A stretch of 64,000 bases of DNA from the NCBI GenBank assembly GCA_964187785.1, contig OZ076409.1, positions 55,244,001-55,308,000 of the forward strand. The letters run 5' to 3'. The notes beneath the pieces are model-generated. The model did no database searches. It was not told where the DNA came from and saw only the letters and a list, made by a program, of their open reading frames with translations. The position numbers were made by a program, and so were the translations under genes. Shown here piece after piece: positions 10,690-22,600 of this stretch (its first letter is position 1; each line of letters starts with the position of its first letter). This DNA is from Amphiscolops sp. MND2022. Its lineage: Eukaryota.

Positions 10690-13600
10690 CTAAAAAGTAA
10701 AAATAATGGAAATAGCATGAATGTAAAATGCGAAGCTGAAAATAAGGTGTACATGATTAATTGTTCGCTGAATATAGTAGAAAAGTGTACTGTGTCAATG
10801 AGGATGCAGTTGAAACCTTAACTTGCGGCATTGGAGATATACGAATTCAGGTGTGTAATGTCGTAGCTTCAACAATCCCTGAAGGATTAGCAATTTGAGT
10901 CTGTAAACTTTCATATATTTGACTTATATTTCAACATAACAGGTGTAAAAAAAGACTTTTTCAACAACAGACTTTTCAACATAGTTTTTGTCGCTGTAAC
11001 TAAAGAAGTTTAGTTTTAAGTGCCTTACTTGGAGCAGCATATTTGGAACATTATGAAACACTTCTCTCTGAAATTATATGTGATTGCCTTGTCATTTGGA
11101 GAAAACTTTTATCAAAATTGGAAAGACAACATTATCAAGATTTGATTTTGCTGTCTTGTTTTAAAAGCTATAGTTTATTGAATTAACATAGATTTTTACA
11201 ATGAAAAGTAACGTTATGTAGATGTACATCTAATTTTTTAGTTTATTTTGGTACTTTTTTGAGCTTTTCCATCATTTTCTCAGCACTAACCGATTCCTTG
11301 ACGAAGGTGGTTCTCACTGGGAAGTTGGTTCTTTGTCCTCGCTGGGGAACCATGCGCACCTTGACCTCCAATGAGTCTGTGTGCAGGGGTTCGCAGCAGT
11401 GGTCCATGTTCAGACAACCGCCCTTGCACTCTCTCGTTCTGAAGATTCTAAGAACTCCTTCAGCCGAGTACTCACGCTTCTCCACACTCACCAGAGTGCA
11501 GTCCAGAGGAATTGACTCTGGCAGGTTGTCTGCGAAAACAAACACAGCCTCATATTTTGTAGGCATGCAATTGAAACGAAACATAACTAGAAGAAATAAG
11601 GTCCAAAACGAAATGGAACTAGCGTCTATTTTGTAAAATTACTTGTCGAAGTGACAGCAGATTTTTGAAACGAAGTTTGGCTTTCGTCAAAACTGCTCCG
11701 CTTCGCTCCTGCATTTAAGCAGTATCAGGCTTGTGTTCTTGGGGCATCACTAATTAGAACAATAAATCTGTATTCGCCCATTGGATTTTTTCACTATGTT
11801 CTGGAAGTCATTCACTTTTGGACATTATTTACTCATAATCAAAATAATTCCTGACGATGGAAGACATGAAATGCTGACTAAGATCATGACACGATCTTTA
11901 GTAGAAGAGTTCTATACTTTCAAGCATGAAGCAATTAAATTCCTTGCTAAAGAGGAGCAAAATATATATTGATTGTATACACTTCTATTGCAGCAACATT
12001 GGCTTAGATTATTGTTCTTGTTACCCTTTTTTGTTTCAACAACGTTCTAAACGTGCACCTACACTAAGGTGACTGGTGCATTTAACAGACAAGGGATAAA
12101 CCATTATTATGAGAAGTCACAGGATTACGATTTTGATAATTGCGATGATTTGGCATGTAAACAATAATTGCCCAGTTTGAGCGTCGCGGACTTGAAATTT
12201 TCACCTTTGGATAATTGTTCCAACTTCGAAGTTAGTTTCTAGTTTGAAAGCATTTTCCAACTATCGTTCAACTATGTAAACTTTCCGACTCAATAGATCA
12301 TAGAATTCTTCTTTAAAAACTCTTGAACGATCGTTTCCAATTTGTGCAAGTCAGAAACACTAAACCAAGCAAACTTCCAATCAGGTTTGGTGTGTCTCAA
12401 GGTTCCATCCTGGGTCTGTTTCTTTTTCTTGTGTACATAAATGACCTTCTGCAATAATGTGATACTAGCAAAGTTGCAATATATGCAGATGGTCTTACAC
12501 TTTTAATAGCAGGTTACAATTGTGATCGTCAATTGGATGACGACAAAAAGTCCTTAAACACGTGGTTTCGAAAAAAAATCGTTATTAGTTAATGTATCTA
12601 AATAGGAAACTTTGGCAAACATGACTTTTGGACAAAACTACGGCTATGAGTTACGTCGTATGGGAGAACGAAAACCCCAGTGCAAATATTTATGCATCTA
12701 TGTTGATGAAAATTTAACCTTTAAATACCACATCGGTTACTTTACAAATAAAGAGTCTTTAGCGGGTTAATTTATGGAGTGCGCACTTTACATACAAAAA
12801 AGCATCTCCTTATGTTTTATAAAGCTTTTGCAGAGTCAGTTTTACGGTATGGACTGCTAATATACCGAAGTGCATCGAAGACCACTTTAAGCACCATTGA
12901 CACTGCGGAAAGAAGAATTTTGAGAGCTATCCATTCAAGAAAAGTATATGACTCCTTTTCTCAAATTTATAGTACCAATTGCGGAAGTAACGTGTATGAA
13001 ATGTTCTTTCATAAAGTCTTCATTGAAATCTTCAAACAAGTACGTGGAGAGTCGCCGAACTAAATTTTGAATCTTAACTACAGTCATAAACTCAGTTATT
13101 TTCCTTCTGATTGTGGCGTTCAAGGGCAAAAACGTTTAAACAGCAGCAATACTCATTTTTGGTCCTGGTTAGATGATAAAATTTCTATAAAACATTCGTT
13201 TTTGATTTACTATCTAACTAAATAAACTTTACTTTACTTTACTTCAAACATGATGTGAAATTTGAGTTTTTGTTGGAAACACTGGTTTCTTTTTTTTAAA
13301 ATTTAATAGAAAAGTTGGCTAAACCGAAAGGTTTTAATTCATTTTTACGTCTTTGCTTGAAGTTCACATGCAAGTTGTAGACGTTTTCGTTGGTATCATT
13401 TCATTGGCTACGATTGAGCCACAAAACTAAAATATTGCTATAGATAAAATGTACATAAAATACAATAGATAAAATATACTGGGGCTGAAACTATCCCGGT
13501 GCTCAGCGGACGTGTCGTTCACCTGTACCTTTTGATTGGATTGGATTTTTGAAGATTTTCTTCACAACAAAGCCCTTACGCATAATATTGAGTAGGAGCG

Positions 13601-16600
13601 CGTCGAAATTGCAGCGTTGAATTGCTCCCGGTTCGCTTCTAGTCTTTGGCATTTTTTCTTATCTGACGAGGTTCAAAAAAGCTCAGTAAAAAGTCGCAGA
13701 AGCTTTTTGTACAGTTTATACTTACTATGAAGAAAGTCTCAATTTTTTGAAGCCAAATTTTGAGACTTTCAAGTTGCAAAAGAATACCTGGATCGGAAAA
13801 TGCTTTTAATTTATAATAATCACCTTCACTTTCGGTGCACTTTCCTCCAAATTGGACAGTAGTGGCAGTGCCTTCTAGACAGGCTGTTCGCCTCAGCATG
13901 CACTCGTTTTCGTAGGTCTCCCCGTCGTCTCCACAAACATGTTTGACAGGCAGGTCCTCGCATTTGGGGCACTCACACGCGAAGGTGGCACCTTGTTGTT
14001 TGCACTCTTTGTAGCCACCACAGTTGACATCGTAGCATGGTGCTAAAATTCAAATCAGTTCAAAAAACAGTTTTTCTCAAATTCTTTTTCGAGACAATTC
14101 ACTCGCAAAAATGAGAAAAATAAAACCTAACATCGCCTTTTTTGTTTTCTCGAGACGGTCTTTGACTAAAACATTGCCTTTTTGTCAGAATCGATCAAAA
14201 GCGTGGGTATAACCACTCAAAATCTATCGGCAATCAAAATTAAAAGATTGTTAGGATATTTTTCACTTGACGCTGTTTGAAGAAAGAGAGGAGCAAACTT
14301 TTACAGTGACTCGGTTTTTCTTTGAGAAAAATTCATCCTCACATCGAAAGGTTCATTTTCCTTTCAATTTCGTTAATGGTTTTATATCGTCGTAGAGCAA
14401 GTCTCCAAATTCATCCAATTTGATTTCACAATCCTAAACGGAACTGACTGAAAAATTTTGGAGTTTCTAGGCACATTAAGACTTTCTATCAAATTTTTAA
14501 ATTTTACCGGAAAGAAAATATGAGAATAGACACTCTGAGTAAATAATTTTATTTAAATTTCCAATATGATGACCATATGGTAAAAACCAACTCGAAAACA
14601 TTATAGGGGGTGTATGTCCGCACCAGATGAGACTTCTAGTCAGTCAGTTAGTCAGTTAACATCAACTTCACTCAGCATTAACTTCTTTAGATACTCACTT
14701 CCAGGACAAGGCTTGAGTTTACATGTCTTTTCTTCCTTGTTAGGTGCGCAAGAGGAAGCTTCTCCTGTTTCATCAGTGACGTCTCTGGTTCGAATGGTCT
14801 TTCCTTTGCCACACTCAACGCTGCACTCACCCCAAGTTGACCACTGACCTTTGACACACTTCTCGGGACACTCTCCAGCAGTTTGGGTCAGTTCACGGCC
14901 AGAGGTCACCAGCTGTTCTCTCTTTTGACACTTGGCCCGGTTGAACTCGCACAGGTTGCCGTAAGTCTCTCCATCACTGCCGCATCCTATGTTCATAGTT
15001 TGAAATGATACGATTGAACGATACGGGGTTGGTACCGCATGTTTTTTACCAATCCACAAAAAAACAAAAAAATCTTTCCATTTGCTATTGGTTCCAAAGC
15101 GCTTCAACTACGAAGATGGCAGAAGAGCTTTTTGGTTGAAAGCGCAAATGAGGTATTTTTTGGGAAACTAAAAAAAACCTGGACTGAGCGAAAAATTGAC
15201 AAGATGTTTTAAATACTACAAATCTTGCAAGTGGAAACAGATTTCAATTTCATTTGCTCAACTAGCACAAAATTTGTATCTTATTTCGCGCCACATGTAA
15301 TGCGGAACGATTGCTCGATTGTTTGGATATTTACAAGTTTAGATAAATCATAAAAACCACAAAAAAGGGGTTTCCTAAAATAATTTCCTAAGAAACAAGC
15401 AAAATTGATTAAGTGAATGAAGACTCACGAGGATCGTATATTTCAGGGCAAATTTCGTATTGAGCACAAGTGCATTTGGGTTTTCCATTTGACCCTATCA
15501 CACATTCCGAAAGATCGGGACAGTCGACGGTTGCGCAGCTGGGCTGACACGCCCCCAAGTAGTCTATTTCAATTGCAACTCCGCTGTTGCATGTTTCTTC
15601 AATCATTTCAGCTACCGATTGGTAAGTGTTGCCATCTGTGGCACATACCTGAAAGTAAATCGAATTCAATATGGTTTTGCCAGCAATTGGATAAAACTGA
15701 AAGTATTAACGAGAGCCTGTATTATAAGTTTCATTATATCAAATATCTTCTGGAGTTCCGTTTGCGGAACAAGATACAAATACCATTATGTCGACATCGT
15801 TAATAAATGATGTCGACATAATCCCATCTTGTACACTAATTCAGAGTTGAAAGTTGCTCATTTTATATAAGGGGACTTCTAGTAAATATGCGTTGAAATA
15901 GGGGCTTTCATATACTATTTTAGCTTGTTCCAGAGGTTAATTTTTGCTTCTTTGTCGGAAAAATATTTGAAAAAGCGGATTCATTTTTGCTTCAAGTGGC
16001 AAAACATCTACAGACAATCCTCTGAGTATTTATAGCCATATCAATTTCTTTCATTCCCCTTAGAAGTGTTGGGGGCATGGGAAGAAACAAGGTGCATGTG
16101 GGGGAACAGGACAATTTGAATGTTTTGTATGTAAAATGAAAAAAAAAACATAAATGTAATTAAAATCCATAATCTGAAAATAAAGAAGTTAGAAATTAGA
16201 TAAATTAGTTGAATCACACAAGTGGACATTTTCGTCACTACTTTCCGTCTTTAATTTCATAATTTCATTGTTGATTGGATGAGTGGTGTTTTTATTTTCC
16301 GACCCACATTTTCAATGGGGAGGAAAATCATGATCTGCGTTGCGTTTTTTTCCAAAGTTTGCCAACACTCAACTTTATACTAACTCCACTTACTCAGCCT
16401 CCCTACTGAGAGGAGGGAATAATATCTAAAGTAAAAATGGGAATAAGATCTAAAATTTCAGGACGGGAATAAGATCTAAAGGGAATAAGATCTTAGATCA
16501 CTTAATTTTAGATCTTATTCTTTAGATCCTATTCCCCCTCCCAAAATGGCTATGGCTCAGTTGGTGAAGGCCAAAACGGAGGAAAATATCCCGGTGCTTA

Positions 16601-19600
16601 GCGGGCGTCTTGTTAAAAATGGCCTGGAAGTGAAACTTCAAATAATCGTCTTTCACGTCAATGAACCGCTTGTATTCATCTGCCCTGAGTGTTGAGAAAT
16701 CTGTTTTCAAAATTTTGAAAAAAGCTATTATGATCACTTCGTAGATATTTGCCAGCCTTAATAGTTCGCATGCTTTTCTGTTCTTTATTACCATATTTGT
16801 AAATGAAAATGAAATTGTTACTACCATGCTTAGAAAATTTTTTTCTTCAATTACGTCATCTCTGATTACAAATTAGATTGACATTCATCTAATGGCTTTA
16901 TTACTGAAAAATTGTTTTCTAATGCATCGTTGAACCGCTGGAGATTCATGTTGGAATTCCGGATTTTTGGTCGTTGTATAGAGAATTTTTCGCCTCTCTC
17001 AAACGTTCTGAGAGTAACTTTTTGATGTTTTCCTTGAACTTTCAACCCCTGGAAAACGACCCACAAGTTTTTGTTCAGTTCAAAAGTTGACTTTTTGAAC
17101 TAATATTTGACGATTTCCATACACTTGTTGTTCGCTTACGTCCGGGTCTATCATGGACATTCCACATCTCAAGAGGTTCCGCGAGTCCAATGGCGAAAAA
17201 TATAATCGAAAAGATCTATCAATTTTGGTTCTGAATCCCAAACTTGTTGAACGAGTCGAATATTTTTTCAATGAAACGTTCCGTCAAAATTGGTGAAGCA
17301 AAAAGTTTTCGAACTACCCGTTGAAGAGACGGCTTAGTCCTATATGCAGTAACTAGTCTCCGACTTGCAGTGTTTCGTATCTACACTGGCTGAAATGTGA
17401 AAACACCCCATGTTGACGGAATTCAGCAAGTATGATCTTATACTTATTATCAACCTAATTCATAGTCAATCGTTGCAATTTAAGGTCAGAAATCAGTCGA
17501 AAAATCAAATATTGTCTCGAATCAAGAAAATGAAAATCCGTATCGTAGATTGTCACCGAGAAACGAAAAAATTGCGGCATTTTGAAGTCCCGCAATAAAG
17601 CACGCATTACAAATATATGCGTAACTGAATAAAATGGTATGGTTCGTTTTTAAAGTTCCCATCGCAATAAATGAATGTGGATCTTGAGATATATTGTAAT
17701 GCCATTTTCAGTAAAACTAATTGCGACCCCCAAATTTCAATCCAAATGTAATTAAAAAACTGTCCCCCTTGAAAGGTTTCCTCCAATCATCTTTAATTTC
17801 AATATCCTGACATTTTTGGGGATTGGGGTAATATTCTAGTTCTAGCGCGGCTCTTAGTTTCGTATAGTTAGCGATATTTTCAGACGTGAAAGCTTGCAGG
17901 ATTTCATCATGAATTTCCTTGAGACGCCGAGTTGGATTATTTTCAACAGAAGCTAGAACTTCTTTAAAAACGGTTTCTTCAATTTGTTGTTCCAGTTTTT
18001 CGTGGTTGTGATTGCGGAAAATTAATTACTGAGGACAAATGAATATTTAGAGCCTTTCGGGCAAACAGTTTTGGTTACAGCATTTTAAATTAACGATATA
18101 AGGCTTCCTCTTCTTTTCCCAGTCTCGTTTCATTCTACATAGTTCATGTGCGTTTCTGAGTGGTGAACAATGAATAATGAAAAGTTTGGCTAAGAACACA
18201 ATAGAATGGTTAATTTGAAGGATAGAACGAAGAATGTTTTAGTCATCAACGATCTAGGCATCATTATTTCAAAGAAGCTTACTTTGTTATCGTTGCGAGC
18301 CAGATCAGTGGGCACTCTACATACACACTTGGGAGTATCATCAGCTGCAATCTCACATGTCTTATAAGCGCCACATGTGTCTCGTTCGCAGATGGGTTTG
18401 CATGATTTCCCGTTGCCATGGTAACCTTCCCTGCATTTGCACGAGTAACTTCCATCTTTGTTTTCGCATTCCGCTTCTGCTGCGCAAACTCCAGGGATTT
18501 CACACTCATTGACATCCATGCATTTGACTTTGCCATCAAACACGTCTCTCTGCTTTCGGAATCCAGACGCACACTCGCACATGTATCCTTTGCTCTCAGC
18601 TAGAAGAGTACAATTGAGGAGTGAATAGTGTGAATTATTTTGATACTTCTGGGTCAAAAAACAGTTTCAAATAATTTCAGTAGGATGACAACTGGGATTC
18701 TTTCTACCCTGTATCTTTTTAGCGATAATTTTTTAGTCGGCGCTTCATGAAGTGAAACGCGACTATTATAGTGGCTTTTCTTTTTTTTTCATTCCACACG
18801 AACTGACCAAAATAGTTCTACAAAAGTTCTACAAAATATTATTGCACCAAAATGCACTATTTGGTCTAGCGAACTGAACCAAAAATGTTTTTCCTGTTTT
18901 CCCGCATTAACATACCATACCCGGCGAGACCAAAGGGTCCCTCCTTCCAATTTTTTTCGGCACTGCGAGACTTTTATTCCGGAAAATTTTTTTTCTCCCA
19001 AAGGGTCCCCCTTCAATTTTTTTGCTGTTTTGCGACAGAATGGATGTTGGAAAATCCCAAAGGGTCCCCCCTTTCAGTTTTTTTAGGCACTGTGAAATTT
19101 TTTTCCGAAAATAAAAATTTTTCCCCCTTCAATTTTTTGATGTTTTGCGACAAAACCCCTTCAACTGCGACAAAAATGTTGACAATTTCGGAAGTGTCCC
19201 CTTTCAGCGCGCCAGGGGCTCGCGCTAGCGGGCCCCAGCGCGCCACTCGGTCCATTTTTTTGAGTATGAAATTTTTTTGAAAAATTTTTTTCGTAAAATT
19301 TTCCATTTTCGAGTACTGTAAAAGAGAATACTTGACACTTGGAAGTCTTTTTGCTATTTTTGAACCTAGGATATGGCGCCGATTTGGGCCGGTCCCGGCT
19401 TGTTTGAGCTCAAACGTAGCCCATCCACAATTGAACTTGCACAAAAAGTCCAAAAAATCTCTGGAAATTTTGACTTGTTCTTGGTTAAATGTGTGCCTTT
19501 TTCCAACAAAAATCTTTATATCTGTAAATAAGAAAAGCATGCTAAGTACTTGTTGCAGGCTGCCGCCTGTGATGGCACCAGAATTACAACTACGACGTCC

Positions 19601-22600
19601 GGACAAGAAGCGGTACCCGGCACATTAACTATATTTTAAAGCTAACATGAAGGATAAGCTCTTGCTCTTTATATAAAGCTTTGTTTTATGTACGATTATT
19701 ATTATTAGTCTGTTAAAAGTACTGTTCGATTAGCCCACTCAATTTGTTGATGTTTAGTAACAAGGTGGTGTGTATGAATTAATGCAACGTTAGCAAAATA
19801 CAACTATACGGCAGTAAAGGAAACGAGTTCAAGTGATGCGACGCACTGCTCCGGAAGCGTCACTTGAGCGCGTGGCCTTAGTCAATCAGAGTGTAGTGTT
19901 TGTTACATTGGAACACATTTAATTAATGGCCTAATAGGGCTCTTTGACGTAATCATACGGCGCGTATTTGGTACTTTAGTCAAACGGCCGATTCCGGCCA
20001 CTTCATGTATTCGGTGCTTTAATACCAGTTATTAGTTTGATTGATTAAAACTAATGCGCTAGTACTATGTAACCACTCTAATGAAAGGTTAACTTTCATT
20101 GTCTTGGATTTGATGCCTTTGAGACAATTAAGGACAACTGACCTAACTTTGATAATGCTTACGTAACATTAGGGTAATTGGTCTGCTTGGGCTCAACTGT
20201 ACAGAATGTTGTATTTTCCGTGCTAAGATGCTTTGTACTAATCTATTCTGTCCAGCGCAGTATTTAACCTAATTGGATGAAATGTGGCCCTATATAGACG
20301 CATGCAAATAACCATTCGCTTTGAGCTTAGCTCAACTTGATAAAGGACACGTGGGGAGACGTGCCAATGTTGCATTCCTTTCGCAGTATGAAATATATTT
20401 TTTACGTTTTTGAAATGAGTAGATTTGTTGATGTAGGTTAATTTGTTTGAAGTTGCGACTAATACTTCGATGTTCAATGAAATGTTGATGTTCTGATTCC
20501 CGAGGAAAGTGTGACCTAAAGGGAATGTGCAATATTACACTTTTAGATATGTTATTTACCCGCATAATATGTAAAAAATGAGATTGTCATCCTCTCAGGG
20601 GTATATATACCGGTGTTTTCCTGAGAGGAATTAATTCTGAGTTTTGTTACCTATTGTTCAGTTTGTTGAAATATTCATTAGAAGTACACCGTAAAAACTA
20701 CGTTTTCCAATCAAGATGATCTATTCTTTTGCTTGGATTTTCTTCAATGTCTACTACTAAAAAACAGAAGAAAGGTAGAAAGTCTAGAGGACTTGAAATG
20801 CTCTCCGACACTGAGAATCTTGATGTGATGCTAGGAACAAATCACTTTAGTGTTATAGAAAAGATGAGAGCTTAAATAGTAACTTAGATAGACGGCACGA
20901 AAGTGCCACTAGCAGTGTTCTTGAAAATGATCATGAAAATACTCATGTGAATTCAAAAATTACCAATCCTGGTAATTGTGCCGAGTCAGACCAAAATTCA
21001 GCCATTGCTAATTCCAGTGCTGAGATAAACAGATTGTCTAGTGAACTGAACTCCAGGTTATCGAGAGAGTTAGATGAGATGATGGGTAGCGTCAATACCC
21101 AAATCCAGAGGGCTATCAGTGATGCGATAAGTAACCAAATTTTGCCCCAGATTCAGACTGCCCTAAGTGCCGGATCAGGCCACTTGACGCATAATAGGTG
21201 GAACGTTCCGTCAGAGAGACCGGAATTTAACCTCGAAGAAGCCTATGGTGAGAAAGTCAAGAAAAACACTAGATGTGAGCAACGTAATGGTTACCAGAGT
21301 GGTAGTCAACCTAATTTACGTGCTTACGACAGTACTCTAGTTTTTCATAGCTATAGAACCCTTCAAAAATTGAAACCTTCAAAAAATGCCTTCAGCGAAT
21401 TAGCTTTGTTTTTCATATTTTCTACCATGTATTAATAATTTTAACGTTGAACTTAGTGTTATTGGACAAAATTTAGTAATACATTTCAAATGTTTCTGAC
21501 TCAGTTCACTGAATCCACTTTTCAGTCTCAAAATGTTCATCTCACTCTATGACTGACAAAGCTAAAGTTTGAGCGAAAACAGTATTTTCAAATTTCACCA
21601 GAATCAAAAGAGCATAAAATATAAAAACTGTTCCAAAATGATGTTTCTGATATATTAATCAGAAGCTAAAAGGAAAGAATCTGGGTGGATAATCTGTACG
21701 AGGAAAGATTCCTCGAAATAATTGACAATGTTGAAACAAATAAGCGCAGAGGAAATGTTGATAAATGTGACAAATTGAAATCTGATTACAATTTTTGACA
21801 TCTCCATTTTTCCTCAACTAAATGATTGGGTAAAGAAACCGAGACGCTGCAAGAATTTATTGTATTTCATTTTATTGAGACTTTAATTTTCCAGTTCAAA
21901 ATTTTAAATTTTGAGGACGGTAATGGGAGCTTATAGTACAAAACATTGAAATGACAATGATAGGTGTTTCTAGTCAATTAAACGTCTTCATGATACCTGT
22001 CTTTAGAACGTCTTTAGAACATGATTGAAGTGTAATCTGTGAGCGATTACCAGAAAACTCAACACAAGAAAACTCAACACAAGAAAACTCAACACAGAAA
22101 ACTCAACACAAGAAAACTCAACACACGAAAACTGTGTTGCGTTTGCGTTTAGACTTTTTCTATCGTTTTGTTTCATGGTTTCGACCAATGTAAGCAACGT
22201 TTTAACGTGAAAAACAGCTTAGTATAAGGAAACTAAAATGAATTTTATGTGTGTTTGAAATGAGTCGCAATTGTGATTAAGTGTGAACGGAAATTATACG
22301 GATTTAACAATTAGTTAGATTTTAGAAACTAAACTCAATTGAGGTGTTAACTAATAATAATTAAATGTGTTGAGATTTTGTGTTGAGTTTTCTGTGTTGA
22401 GTTTTCTTGTGTTGAGTTTTCTTGTGTTGAGTTTTCCGTACCCCCTGTGAGCTGAACTCGAAGCTTTTTTGATGGCTATAAGTTACAGACCTGTTAAGTA
22501 GTTCGGACCATTCAAGTTGACGCAAGTGCTGTTCGCAATGTCTGCACAATGATCAGAGCCCTCCTTACACTCATCTACGTCCACGCAGTAATGCATGCTG

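Noticed and set aside
11243..11584. ORF-track 113-aa protein as the true C-terminus
   Set aside because: It includes intron sequence at both ends; the spliced form 11291-11529 plus 10618-10689 completes the cystine knot.
16550..18150. Short minus-strand ORFs in the intron between exons 24 and 25
   Set aside because: No recognisable motif; exons 24 and 25 join in phase without them.
22053..22436. CRISPR-like array (also considered 30270-30690 and 33881-34345)
   Set aside because: Tandem or degenerate repeats without unique spacers, inside eukaryotic transposons; no cas genes.
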